Shown: positions 8,948 through 18,702, counted from the stretch's first letter. The stretch: 27,752 nt of DNA from a virus (IMGVR_UViG_3300029318_000078:1-27752), one strand, 5' to 3'. Numbers and translations: made by a program. The notes: a model not told the origin generated them from the sequence alone.

Positions 8948-9100
8948 ATGAGTAATGAAATCCCAAATGAGGGCGGTACTTACATACTGAACCCAAAAAC
9001 TGGCAAACGTAAGCTAGTTCAACAAACAAAACAAGCAGAAATCCCTACAGAGGTAACAACTGATGGCACAACTGACAAGGAAGAGAGTAATTCTAATTGA
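8948..9100 (+). CDS. Small 50-aa protein missing from the ORF track (MSNEIPNEGGTYILNPKTGKRKLVQQT...)
   Basis: Manually translated ATG(8948)..TGA(9100). Fills the gap between gpU and the tube gene and overlaps the tube start by 38 nt. Has a beta-hairpin-like GGTYILNPKTGKRKLV motif. Confidence 0.6.
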   Translation: MSNEIPNEGGTYILNPKTGKRKLVQQTKQAEIPTEVTTDGTTDKEESNSN

Positions 9101-9995
9101 AGCGGAAAGTTCATACGGAACTGATCCTACTCCTTCAGCAACAGATGTAGTTCTAGTAACTGATCTAAGTATTACACCACAATCAAGTGATGTGGTTAAC
9201 AGAGATGTTGTCAGACCATATCTTGGTTCTTCACAACAGTTACTAGCGAATACAAGAGTTGAATGTACATTTAGCGTTGAGTTTGCTGGTTCAGGCACAG
9301 CTGGTACTGCTCCGAGATATGGAAGTGCGCTTAAAGCCTGTGGCCTTTCAGAAACTATAGCTAGTGGAACATCTGTTACTTACGAGCCAATATCAGCTAA
9401 CTTCTCATCAATTACTATCCATTACAACGTAGATGGAGTTAGACATATTGTTACTGGCTGTCGAGGAAATGTCGCATTGTCAGCCGAGGTAGGATCGATC
9501 CCAACGCTCGATTTTACTTTCACTGGTATCTATAATGCCCCAACTGATACAGCATTACCTTCAGTTACTTATGGCAACCAAGCAACACCATTAATATTTA
9601 AAAATGGTAATACTACAAGTTTTCAATTATTAAGTTTTGCAGGTGCTTTACAAAGTCTCAGTTTTGATATGGGTAATTCGATTGTATATAGGGAACTTGT
9701 TGGCGGTACAAAAGAAGTACTTCTAACTGATAGGGCTGCTAATGGTTCTGTAAGTATAGAAGCACCAGCTCTTTCTTCTAAAGATTTCTTTGCTGCTGCT
9801 TTAGTTGATACGACATTAGGTAACTTAACAGTTACTCATGGTACTGCTGCTGGTAATATCTGTAGATTTAGTAGTACAAAAGTTGATATTGGTGATGTAA
9901 CTTATGGAGAAATGGATGGTGTAACTATGCTTGAGATTCCATACACACTTGTACCAAGTTCTGCTAATGATGAGCTATCGATAAGATTTACATAA
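9063..9995 (+). CDS. Major tail tube protein
   Basis: E.SYGTDP N-terminus, LKACG and VTGCRG motifs, 310 aa, located before the chaperones and TMP. No sheath gene, consistent with a non-contractile tail. Confidence 0.85.
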   Translation: MAQLTRKRVILIEAESSYGTDPTPSATDVVLVTDLSITPQSSDVVNRDVVRPYLGSSQQLLANTRVECTFSVEFAGSGTAGTAPRYGSALKACGLSETIASGTSVTYEPISANFSSITIHYNVDGVRHIVTGCRGNVALSAEVGSIPTLDFTFTGIYNAPTDTALPSVTYGNQATPLIFKNGNTTSFQLLSFAGALQSLSFDMGNSIVYRELVGGTKEVLLTDRAANGSVSIEAPALSSKDFFAAALVDTTLGNLTVTHGTAAGNICRFSSTKVDIGDVTYGEMDGVTMLEIPYTLVPSSANDELSIRFT

Positions 9996-10045
9996 CTATT
10001 GACTTCCTAGCTAAAGTATAGAAGTATATATATATTTAGGATTTT

Positions 10046-10378
10046 ATGGCATTTGTCCGTAAAAAGACCAAGATTTATTCTTGGCCTGTACAGGTCAAAA
10101 GACCTTCAGAATCAGTTCCTGGCGAATTTGAGACTACAGAATTTATTGCTAATTTTGTTAGGCTTACAAAAACAGAACTTGATGGATTTGATGAGCAAGA
10201 TGAGTTTTCTGCTTTGTCAAAAATATTAGTAGGTTGGGATCAAGTTAACGAAGAAGATGGCACACCAATTACATTTTCTAAAACTGTACTGAAGGAATTT
10301 AGTGATGATGTTGATTTTGTTCAAGGTGTTCTAGATAGTTATAAAGGATTTTATGGGAATGCTAAATCGGGAAACTAA
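10046..10378 (+). CDS. Tail assembly chaperone (gpG-like)
   Basis: ILVGWDQVNEEDGTPITFS motif. Ends in the slippery G-GGA-AAC immediately before TAA. Confidence 0.85.
   Translation: MAFVRKKTKIYSWPVQVKRPSESVPGEFETTEFIANFVRLTKTELDGFDEQDEFSALSKILVGWDQVNEEDGTPITFSKTVLKEFSDDVDFVQGVLDSYKGFYGNAKSGN
10369..10375 (+). promoter_or_regulatory. Programmed -1 ribosomal frameshift site GGGAAAC
   Basis: X-XXY-YYZ heptamer in the correct phase (TCG GGA AAC TAA). The -1 frame is open from 10375 to 10716. Analogous to lambda G/GT GGGAAAG. Confidence 0.88.
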
Positions 10379-10716
10379 TAGATGCTGCTAAATATTGGGC
10401 TTCTGGCAGCAAGCAAGTTGTTGATGAAACTCCCGAAGATGCAAAAGTTTTTGGTATAAAACTCAACGAACAAATAGAATACGAGAAAGACTTTATAGTC
10501 TTTGATGAAAATTGGGATATTGTAATGATGTTTTTAAGATTACAAACACAATGGGATATGTCCTTTGGAGGTGTAGTAGGATTAAAATACGAGGTCTTGT
10601 TGCTTGCTGGTGGTCTATTTGACCTTTACAATGTAACTAACCGCAAAGAAATGCTAGAGGGCTTACAACTCATGGAATCTACAGCCTTAACAGAATGGCA
10701 TAAGGAGAAGAAATAA
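10375..10716 (+). CDS. gpT-like C-terminal part of the G-T frameshift fusion (DUF1799-like); fusion about 223 aa
   Basis: -1 frame reads LIDAAKYWASG...FIVFDENWDIVMMFLRLQTQW...GLKYE...LQLMESTAL and includes the tracked 10525-10716 ORF in frame. Confidence 0.8.
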   Translation, partial: LIDAAKYWASGSKQVVDETPEDAKVFGIKLNEQIEYEKDFIVFDENWDIVMMFLRLQTQWDMSFGGVVGLKYEVLLLAGGLFDLYNVTNRKEMLEGLQLMESTALTEWHKEKK

Positions 10717-12722
10717 TGGCTGCAAAGGTCGGTAAGTTTACTGTTGAATTTGATGTAAAAGGTTTAAAAAACCTTACTGGCCTGTCAAAAAAATTACAAG
10801 ATCTACAAAAGTCTGTTGCACCTAAAACTAGTAAAGAGATTATGTCTCTTGCTAGAAATATACAAAAAATAAGTCAAGTATCTCCAAAAACAATAGATGC
10901 TTTTAGGAAGAAAGAGAAGGCTTTGGTAGCACTTAGAAATGTAACAAATATAAATTCAAGAGGATTTAAAACATTAACTAGAGAGATTGCAAGAACAAGA
11001 GCAGAAATGGATAGATTTACTAAATCATCCAAGAAAAATAAAGGAATGTTTGGAGGTGCTGGAAGTATTATTGCATCTCAAATTTTACCAGGGAAGACTT
11101 CACAATTTGCAGCACTTGGAAGTACATTTGGCCCAAAAGGAACAGCAATTGGCGCACTTATTGGGGCAGGTCTTGACTTTTCAGGTTTTGCTGGTGGGCT
11201 TGCTGAGTTCTCAGCAGAAATAAACAGATTAGAGATAGCTTTGAAAGGGGTTACAAAAACTGGAGAAGAATTTGCAAAAGCACAAAAAGTTATAGCTTCT
11301 GTTTCTAATGAACTAAATGTTCCAATCAAATCAGCAACTAAACAATTCACAACTTTAGCTGCATCTGTTATTGGTGCTGGTGGAAATGTTAATGACGCTG
11401 AACTTGTATTTAGAGGTGTGTCAGAAGCTATAAAAGCAACTGGTGGAGATGCGGAAGATGTACAATCTGCGATTCGAGCGATGTCGCAAATCTTCGGTAA
11501 AGGTAAGGTGTCGGCAGAAGAATTACAAGGCCAACTCGGTGAACGCTTGCCAGGGGCCGTGGTTAAATTTGCAGAGGCTACAGGTAGAACATTGCCTCAA
11601 TTACAGAAAGACTTGAGAGATGGAACTGTAGGTCTTAATGATGTAATGAAATTTGTGGTTAAATTAAGTGATGACCATTCAGAAGCAGCAAAAACAATGG
11701 CAGCATCTACTGCTGATTCTGGTGCAAGAATGAAGGTAGCTCTTGATAAATTAAGACTTAATTTTGGAAAATTTTTCCAACCTATTGGAGCTGGGTTTCA
11801 AGATATAATTACTGGTTTTGCAAACATCGTAAATGCTGCATTTACAGCAGGTCAGTTGATGGATGTTTTAGAAATCAGAGGTGGTTTTAATAAAAGAAGA
11901 CAAGAACTTGTTAATTTAGCTAACCTAAAAACTAGAGAAATAATGAAGGAAAGAAATATCAATCCCTTAGATGCATTTGCTAGGACAAAAATATTTGATA
12001 CAGAATTTCAAAAATTATTACAGGAAGAAATTAAAAAAAGAGGATTAGATAGTCCTCTTGTAACACCAGATGATTTAACTACATTCCAAAATCCTACTAT
12101 TGAAAAAACGATTAAAGATGCATCTAGTCCACTAAAACAATTTAAAACAACTGTTAATGATATTGCAAAAGATATTGAGCAGACATTTATTAATGCATTT
12201 CAAGGTATGGAAGATGCTCTAGTCAAATTTGTAGAAACTGGAAAATTAAATTTTAGTGATTTAGCAAGATCAATAATTTCTGATTTAACAAGAATGTTAG
12301 TAAGAGCAGCAGTTACTAGACCTTTATTTAATTTCTTATTCTCTGGCTTGGCTGATGGTGGTGTTGTAAATAACGGTGAGATAGTTAAAAGTGCGAATGG
12401 CAACGTATTCGCAAAAAATAAAATCGTACCTTATGCAATGGGAGGGATAGTAAATAAACCAACTTTATTTCCAATGGCAAACGGAATGGGGCTAATGGGT
12501 GAAGCAGGGCCAGAAGCGGTCATGCCGTTGAAACGTGGTGCTAATGGAAAACTTGGAGTGCAAAGTACTGGAGGTGTTGGTAATATTGTTGTAAATGTAG
12601 ACGCTTCTGGCAGTTCTGTACAAGGAAATTCTGCACAGTCACAAGAGTTTGGCAGAGCTTTAGCTGCTGCTATTCAATCAGAAATGATAAAACAAAAAAG
12701 ACCAGGAGGACTTTTAACATAA
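10716..12722 (+). CDS. Tail tape measure protein
   Basis: Tape-measure core (AMSQIFGKGKVSAEELQGQLGERLPGA) and lambda-type C-terminus (MEDALVKFVETGKLNF, GEAGPEAVMPL, QKRPGGLL). Confidence 0.95.
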   Translation: MAAKVGKFTVEFDVKGLKNLTGLSKKLQDLQKSVAPKTSKEIMSLARNIQKISQVSPKTIDAFRKKEKALVALRNVTNINSRGFKTLTREIARTRAEMDRFTKSSKKNKGMFGGAGSIIASQILPGKTSQFAALGSTFGPKGTAIGALIGAGLDFSGFAGGLAEFSAEINRLEIALKGVTKTGEEFAKAQKVIASVSNELNVPIKSATKQFTTLAASVIGAGGNVNDAELVFRGVSEAIKATGGDAEDVQSAIRAMSQIFGKGKVSAEELQGQLGERLPGAVVKFAEATGRTLPQLQKDLRDGTVGLNDVMKFVVKLSDDHSEAAKTMAASTADSGARMKVALDKLRLNFGKFFQPIGAGFQDIITGFANIVNAAFTAGQLMDVLEIRGGFNKRRQELVNLANLKTREIMKERNINPLDAFARTKIFDTEFQKLLQEEIKKRGLDSPLVTPDDLTTFQNPTIEKTIKDASSPLKQFKTTVNDIAKDIEQTFINAFQGMEDALVKFVETGKLNFSDLARSIISDLTRMLVRAAVTRPLFNFLFSGLADGGVVNNGEIVKSANGNVFAKNKIVPYAMGGIVNKPTLFPMANGMGLMGEAGPEAVMPLKRGANGKLGVQSTGGVGNIVVNVDASGSSVQGNSAQSQEFGRALAAAIQSEMIKQKRPGGLLT

Positions 12723-13292
12723 ATGGCAAACTTTCCAGCTATAGAACCTTCTTTTAGCGTTACTAAAAAATCAGAACCTGTTACTAAGGTTGTAACTTTT
12801 GCTGATGGTTTTGAACATCGTTTAGGTTTTGGATTACCAAATAATCAAGACCCTAAGATTTTTGATTTACAATGGAAAAACATTACAGAAGAAGAGTCAG
12901 ATACGATTGAATATTTTTTAGAGGAACGTGCAAGAGATAAAGCAAGTTTTACATACTCTCCACCAAAAGAATCATTTACCAAAACAGGTACATATTCGCA
13001 AAGCAGTACGACAATAACTATAACAATCACAAATCATAGATTATTTGTTGGTGATTCTTTAGTTATTGACTTTACCTCTGGTTCTTCTGCTGATGGTACT
13101 TATATAGTTTCTTCTGTTACTAATGCAAATGTTTTTGTGGTAACAGCAGCTAGTGGTGCAACAACAAGTGGAAATGTATCTATAACAAAAACAGCGTCAT
13201 ATAAGTTTGTATGTCCACAATGGAGTAAAAAAATTGACTTGCCTAACTTAGCTACCATAACAGCTACATTTGTTCAAAAATTTGAACCATGA
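12723..13292 (+). CDS. Distal tail protein, lambda gpM family, with an internal insertion of about 75 aa
   Basis: FADGFEHR..GLPNN, FLEERA...SFTYSPP and C.QWS...TITATFVQKFEP are gpM motifs, split by a beta-rich insert. Confidence 0.85.
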   Translation: MANFPAIEPSFSVTKKSEPVTKVVTFADGFEHRLGFGLPNNQDPKIFDLQWKNITEEESDTIEYFLEERARDKASFTYSPPKESFTKTGTYSQSSTTITITITNHRLFVGDSLVIDFTSGSSADGTYIVSSVTNANVFVVTAASGATTSGNVSITKTASYKFVCPQWSKKIDLPNLATITATFVQKFEP

Positions 13293-13897
13293 CAATAGAT
13301 ACCGCACCTGTCTTTAGCGATATACAAAAAGTAAATCCATCTTCAATTATTGAGTTATTTAAACTTGAGTTAAAAGAGGGACTTAATTATGAAACAGGTA
13401 ATCCTAGTGGAGTAACTACAGTACATAGATTTCATTCTGGTAGTAATCTTGATGCTTATGGAAATATTGTTTGGAATGGTGAAACATATTTAAGATTTCC
13501 TGTAGAAGCTGGTGGTTTTGCTTTTCAAAGGGGACAATTGCCAAGACCAACACTAACTATAAGTAATATGGGAACTCCGAATATTTCGGCTCTTTTAATT
13601 GCTGCAAATAGTTTTACGGCTGGGAATGATTTAACAGGTGCGAAGGTAACTAGAATAAGGACTATGGCAAGATTCGTAGATGCTGCTAACTTTTCTGGTG
13701 CGACTAATCCCTTTGGTACTCCAGATCCAGATGCAGAGTTTCCAAGAGAGGTATATTACATTGATCGTAAATCAGCAGAAAATAGAACTGTTGTACAATT
13801 TGAATTAGCAGCAATTTTTGATATGGCTGGTATTCGTGCGCCAAAACGTCAATGTACCAGAGATATATTCCCATCTATAGGTACATTTATAGGATGA
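13289..13897 (+). CDS. Tail tip protein, lambda gpL family (C-terminally shortened)
   Basis: IIELF, IVWNG..Y..FPVEA.GF, PRPTLTISN, GAKVTRIRT.ARF.DA.NF, YYIDRK..EN...V.FELA and PKRQ motifs. Confidence 0.9.
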   Translation: MTIDTAPVFSDIQKVNPSSIIELFKLELKEGLNYETGNPSGVTTVHRFHSGSNLDAYGNIVWNGETYLRFPVEAGGFAFQRGQLPRPTLTISNMGTPNISALLIAANSFTAGNDLTGAKVTRIRTMARFVDAANFSGATNPFGTPDPDAEFPREVYYIDRKSAENRTVVQFELAAIFDMAGIRAPKRQCTRDIFPSIGTFIG

Positions 13898-14601
13898 ATT
13901 GGAAAGATAGTGCATTGGTTCATGCGAAAGAACAAGATCCTAAAGAAGCTGTTGGTTTAGTGTTAAATATAAAAGGCAAAGAAAGATATTATCCTTGTCG
14001 TAATCTATCAATGACAGCACATCAATGTTTTATTCTTGACCCAGAAGATTATGTGAAAGCAGATAAGTTAGGAGATATTATTGGAGTTTTTCATAGCCAT
14101 CCTGTGACTTCACCAAAACCTACGCAAGCAGATAAAGTTAGTTGCGAAGATAGTAATTTACCTTGGTATATAGTTAATCCAAAAACAGAGACATGGGGGT
14201 ATTATGAGCCTCAAGGATACAAAGCACCATTGATAGGAAGAGAATGGGTTTGGGGAATAACAGATTGTTGGGCTTTGGTTCGTGATTATTATCAACAGAA
14301 AAAAAATATAAGTTTATTAGATTATGAACGAAATATGTCTCCAGAAGAATTTTTAATAAATCCTTTGTTTGAAAAATATGCAATACAAACTGGGTTTAGA
14401 GAACTTGATAAAGATGAAAATCTAGAAAAAGGTGATGTATTATTGATGTCAATATTACATCCAACTTTAAATCATGTAGCTATTTTTCTAGGAGATATGG
14501 TTTTGCATCATTTAGCCGATAGACTATCTTGTAGAGAGCCATATTCTGAGTGGTTACAAAAATGTACTGGTAAGAGGTATCGTTATGCTCAGAAAAATTA
14601 A
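13894..14601 (+). CDS. Tail tip protein K (JAB/MPN domain + NlpC/P60 domain)
   Basis: JAB E...HSHP.......D motif; NlpC DCW...NHV...HH. The start at 13894 overlaps the gpL stop (ATGA) and is preferred over 13852. Confidence 0.92.
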   Translation: MNWKDSALVHAKEQDPKEAVGLVLNIKGKERYYPCRNLSMTAHQCFILDPEDYVKADKLGDIIGVFHSHPVTSPKPTQADKVSCEDSNLPWYIVNPKTETWGYYEPQGYKAPLIGREWVWGITDCWALVRDYYQQKKNISLLDYERNMSPEEFLINPLFEKYAIQTGFRELDKDENLEKGDVLLMSILHPTLNHVAIFLGDMVLHHLADRLSCREPYSEWLQKCTGKRYRYAQKN

Positions 14602-15244
14602 ATTACATGGAGAACTTGCAGAGTTTTTAGGTCAAGATGAGTTTGAGGCGGTTGTAAGAACAACAGCAGAAGCAGTTAAATTTTTAATAACAAATTTTCC
14701 TAAGTTAGAAGCATATATGAGTAATAGATATTATCAAGTATTAGTTGGCGATAATGAATTAGATAAAGATCATATACATGATCCTGTGGGTAAATCAGAA
14801 ATACATTTTGTACCTGTTATTAGCGGTGCTGGTGGTAGTAGTATGAATAGAATTTTATTAGGTGGTGCTTTAATTGGTGCTTCTTTCTTATTTCCAGGTG
14901 CAGGTTTGTTTGGAACTCAAAGTTTTGGTGGAGTTTTTGCTGCTGGAACAACAGTACCTTCTATTGGAGCAGTTACTACTGGTGTTGCTGGTAGTGCATT
15001 TATGACAGGAATTGGTACTGCTTTAAGTGCTATTGGTGCAGGTATGGTTTTAAATGGTGTTTCTGAAATATTATTTCCATTAGATACAGGAGAACCAGAA
15101 GATGACCCACGAATATCTTTTAACTTCTCTGGGGTGCAAAATACTAGCCGTGCTGGAACTAGCCACCCGATTTGTTATGGAGAAATCGTGTGCGGATCTG
15201 TGGTAATCTCCGCTTCTGTTGATACGAATCAGGTGGTTGCATGA
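14585..15244 (+). CDS. Tail tip assembly protein I
   Basis: IKLHGELA ubiquitin-like N-domain ending IHFVPVISGAGG, a Gly/Ala hydrophobic segment, and SFNFSGVQNT...PICYGE...GSVVIS. Confidence 0.92.
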   Translation: MLRKIKLHGELAEFLGQDEFEAVVRTTAEAVKFLITNFPKLEAYMSNRYYQVLVGDNELDKDHIHDPVGKSEIHFVPVISGAGGSSMNRILLGGALIGASFLFPGAGLFGTQSFGGVFAAGTTVPSIGAVTTGVAGSAFMTGIGTALSAIGAGMVLNGVSEILFPLDTGEPEDDPRISFNFSGVQNTSRAGTSHPICYGEIVCGSVVISASVDTNQVVA

Positions 15245-18200
15245 CAAAAAAAATTATCAAAGGTGCTGGCGGCCCTCCTACTCCTCCTACTCCATATCGT
15301 GCGCCCGATACTTTAAATAGTAAACAGTTTGCCACTATACAAGATTTGTTATCAGAAGGTGAAATAGAAGGTTTTGCAACACCATCAAAAGCTGGTATTG
15401 CTAAAAGTTCTGCTGATTATTTAACAGCAGCACAAAAAGATATATTCCTTAATAACACCCCAATACTTAATGAAAACGCTAGTAATAGTAATCCAACAGA
15501 TGCAGATTTTAATTTTCAAAGTGTTGTATTAGATGCACGTTTTGGTACGAATAACCAACTTGTTATTCCAGGGATTGAGTCTAGTGACCCTGTAAATTCA
15601 AGTCCTATATCTGGTTTTCCCAGACCTTGTACTGTTGCTAATAGTGGAGTAACGCAAGCTATATCTCTTAATAAAGATGCAGTAAGGGTGACAATATCTT
15701 TTGGTCAATTACAAAAAGCAGAAGATAATGGAGATTTGTTAGGTTCTAGTGTTGAGTTGCAAATACAATTACAAACTAATAATGGAACTTTTCAAACAAA
15801 AATCACAGATACTATTACTGGAAGATCTGCTGATTTATATTCCAAAGAATATCGTGTAAATTTACCAGCAACATATTCACAGGCTGCAATTAAAGTTGTT
15901 CGGGTAACAGCAGATAGCACAGATAATTCACTTAAAGATGAATTTAGTGTTTCTGTTATGCAAGAAATAGTAGATGATCCACAAACATATCCTGACTCTG
16001 CATATGCACAACTAAGAATAGATTCTGAGCAATTTAGTGCAATTCCAAAAAGAGCATACAGAATTAGAGGAATTAAAGTACGAATACCAGCAGCAAATGG
16101 AGGATTAACTCCAACAGTCGATTTACAGACAGGTCGTATTGAATACCCAGAAAATTACGTCTTTAACGGACAAATGGCTGCTGCTCAATGGTGTTCATGC
16201 CCTGCCATGATACTTTTGGATCTTCTCACGACCAAAAGATATGGATTTGGTACGCATATAGCCCCTAATCAAGCAAACGATACAGAGCTATATGAAAATT
16301 TAGATTTATATAGTTTTGTTGCTGCAAGTAGATATGCAAACGAGTTAGTTGATGATGGATTTAGTGGTCAAGAAGCAAGGTTTAGTTGCAATGTAAATAT
16401 ACAATCATCGAAAGAAGCATTTGATCTAATCAAAGATTTAGCATCAATAATGAGATGTATTCCAGTATGGTCGCAGGGATCTATTTCTATTGTTCAAGAT
16501 AAACCAACTGATCCTAGTTATTTGTTTAGCTTGGCAAACGTAACTCCAGCAGGTTTTAGTTATACAGGATCTAGTCTTAAGCAAAGACATTCTGTTGTAA
16601 GTGTCAGTTATTTTAATATGGATTCAAGAGAAATAGATTTTGAGGTATATGGTGATGGGAATAGTGCAGCAGAAGTTACTAGAAGAGCAAAACTTGGGAT
16701 AGTTTATAAACAAGTAAAAAGTTTTGGGTGTACTTCTAGGGGACAAGCGCAGCGTTTGGCTCGTGCAATTGTTTTCTCGGAGGAACAGGAAAGTGAAGTT
16801 ATAAATTTTTCAACATCTATGGATGCTGGTGCAATAGTAAGGCCAGGTAGTGTAATTGCTGTAAATGATCCAGTTAGGCAAGGAGATAGAAGATCTGGTC
16901 GTATCGCTGCTGCTACGACAACACAAATTACAGTTGACGATGCTCAAGATCTTTTTAGTTTTGGAGGCGGTAATGAAAAAGTAAGTGTTATTATGCCTGA
17001 TGGTACTGTTGAGAAAAAATCTTGTACTGTTGTTGAGGATAAAATAGATTTAACAAGTGCATTAAGTACGACACCTAATGTAAATTCTATTTGGTTGTTA
17101 GAAAGTGACGGAACTGGAGAAGAACCACAAACTTTTAGGGTTGTAAGCGTAGAAGAACAAGATGGTGTTAATTATAATATTAGTGCATTGGCTTATAGGC
17201 CTGATAAATATACAAATATAGAGTCAACAGATTTCCCAACATTACCAGCAAGAAATATTTCTAAACTTAATGAATTAAAACCAGCCCCAACAATAAAATT
17301 ACCAATATTAGAAGAAATTGTAGTTATTAATAATATTGCAATAAATAGAATACTTATATCTTGGCAGCCTGTAGCTGGGGTTACTCAATATCAAGTTCAA
17401 TATCGATTTCAAAATACAAACTGGGTTACTGAAATTGTATTTAGACCAGATATAGAAATTATGAATACACAGGCTGGAACTTATGATATAAAAATATTTT
17501 CGTTTAATGCTGCTGGTCAATTATCTTCTACTCCCTCATCAACACAGTTCTCTGCACAAGGAAAAACAGCAGTACCAAATGATGTACAAAATCTTACATT
17601 AGAACCTGTAAACGATAAATTAGTAAGATTAAGATGGGATAAATCTATTGATGCAGACGTTTTGCATGGAGGTCGAGTCTATATTCGACACTCAAATAAG
17701 ACTGATGGTACAGGGACTTTCGCTAACTCTGTAGACCTTGTACAAGCTGCTGCTGGTAATACCACAGAAGCAGTTGTACCAGCTTTAGAAGGTGAATATA
17801 TTTTAAAATTTAGAGATGATGGGGAAAGATTTAGTACAGGAGAAACAAGTGTAATTTTAGATTTGCCAGATATGGTAGATACACAAGTAATTCTAACTGA
17901 GAGAGATGATGATAATAATTATCCTGGCACTAAGACTCGCACAAGCACTACTAGTAATGTTTTAAGTCTTACCAATCCAGCAGCTACTAATGGATTGACA
18001 GGCACATATGATTTCCAAAATACAATAGATTTAGGTGGTGTATTTTCTTTAAATTTAAAAAGAATATTACAGACTATTGGAATTGAAATTGGTAATACTA
18101 TTGAATCACAAATTCCAGATTTACCTCCAAGTTTAGGAGGCCCTGCTGGAGGTGGTTGGGATAACTATGCAACTAATGGTAATTTTGATGGTACTGCCAT

Positions 18201-18702
18201 TGAAGATGTCAATGCTCAAATGGTAGTAAGAACGACTCAAGGAAATCCATCTAGTTCGCCAACATATTCAGCATTTAACACTTTTGCAAACGGAACATTT
18301 AAAGGTAGAGGATTTCAATTTAGATTAAATTTAACCTCTGAAAACACAGGCCACAATATTAATGTTATTCAAGCTGGTTTTATTGCTTCTTTTGAATCAA
18401 GAAACGAGAGAAGTTATCAAACAGGAAGTGGAACATCTACCGCACCACAACAATCTGGTACTTCTTCATCTGGATTAGACGTAACTTTTGCAAAACCATT
18501 TTTTGTAGGTACTTCTAGTTTAGGAGGTGCTAATGCTTTCTTACCTTCAGTTGGCATTACTATACAAAACGCATCTGATGGCGATTATTTTGTTTTGTCG
18601 GGAGTTACTGGCACAGGCTTTAATATTAAGATAAAAAATGGTACAAGTTTTGTAGATAAACAATTTACATTTCAAGCTGTCGGTTATGGTAAAGGGGTGT
18701 AA
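15241..18702 (+). CDS. Tail tip/central fibre host-specificity protein J
   Basis: DLLSEGEIEG, YPDSA...DSEQF, RGIKV, LLT.KRYGFG, EARFSCN and GCTSRGQAQR motifs, followed by FN3-like repeats. Confidence 0.95.
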   Translation: MTKKIIKGAGGPPTPPTPYRAPDTLNSKQFATIQDLLSEGEIEGFATPSKAGIAKSSADYLTAAQKDIFLNNTPILNENASNSNPTDADFNFQSVVLDARFGTNNQLVIPGIESSDPVNSSPISGFPRPCTVANSGVTQAISLNKDAVRVTISFGQLQKAEDNGDLLGSSVELQIQLQTNNGTFQTKITDTITGRSADLYSKEYRVNLPATYSQAAIKVVRVTADSTDNSLKDEFSVSVMQEIVDDPQTYPDSAYAQLRIDSEQFSAIPKRAYRIRGIKVRIPAANGGLTPTVDLQTGRIEYPENYVFNGQMAAAQWCSCPAMILLDLLTTKRYGFGTHIAPNQANDTELYENLDLYSFVAASRYANELVDDGFSGQEARFSCNVNIQSSKEAFDLIKDLASIMRCIPVWSQGSISIVQDKPTDPSYLFSLANVTPAGFSYTGSSLKQRHSVVSVSYFNMDSREIDFEVYGDGNSAAEVTRRAKLGIVYKQVKSFGCTSRGQAQRLARAIVFSEEQESEVINFSTSMDAGAIVRPGSVIAVNDPVRQGDRRSGRIAAATTTQITVDDAQDLFSFGGGNEKVSVIMPDGTVEKKSCTVVEDKIDLTSALSTTPNVNSIWLLESDGTGEEPQTFRVVSVEEQDGVNYNISALAYRPDKYTNIESTDFPTLPARNISKLNELKPAPTIKLPILEEIVVINNIAINRILISWQPVAGVTQYQVQYRFQNTNWVTEIVFRPDIEIMNTQAGTYDIKIFSFNAAGQLSSTPSSTQFSAQGKTAVPNDVQNLTLEPVNDKLVRLRWDKSIDADVLHGGRVYIRHSNKTDGTGTFANSVDLVQAAAGNTTEAVVPALEGEYILKFRDDGERFSTGETSVILDLPDMVDTQVILTERDDDNNYPGTKTRTSTTSNVLSLTNPAATNGLTGTYDFQNTIDLGGVFSLNLKRILQTIGIEIGNTIESQIPDLPPSLGGPAGGGWDNYATNGNFDGTAIEDVNAQMVVRTTQGNPSSSPTYSAFNTFANGTFKGRGFQFRLNLTSENTGHNINVIQAGFIASFESRNERSYQTGSGTSTAPQQSGTSSSGLDVTFAKPFFVGTSSLGGANAFLPSVGITIQNASDGDYFVLSGVTGTGFNIKIKNGTSFVDKQFTFQAVGYGKGV

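Noticed and set aside
9996-10045. TTGACT plus (TA)n stretch as a sigma70 promoter or microsatellite before the chaperone gene
   Set aside because: No TAnnnT box at 16-18 nt spacing, and the TA run is too short to be meaningful in AT-rich DNA.
2530-13893. Tracked start positions 2530, 7383 and 13852
   Set aside because: Downstream ATGs at 2551, 7446 and 13894 give tight stop-start coupling and match the expected N-termini.
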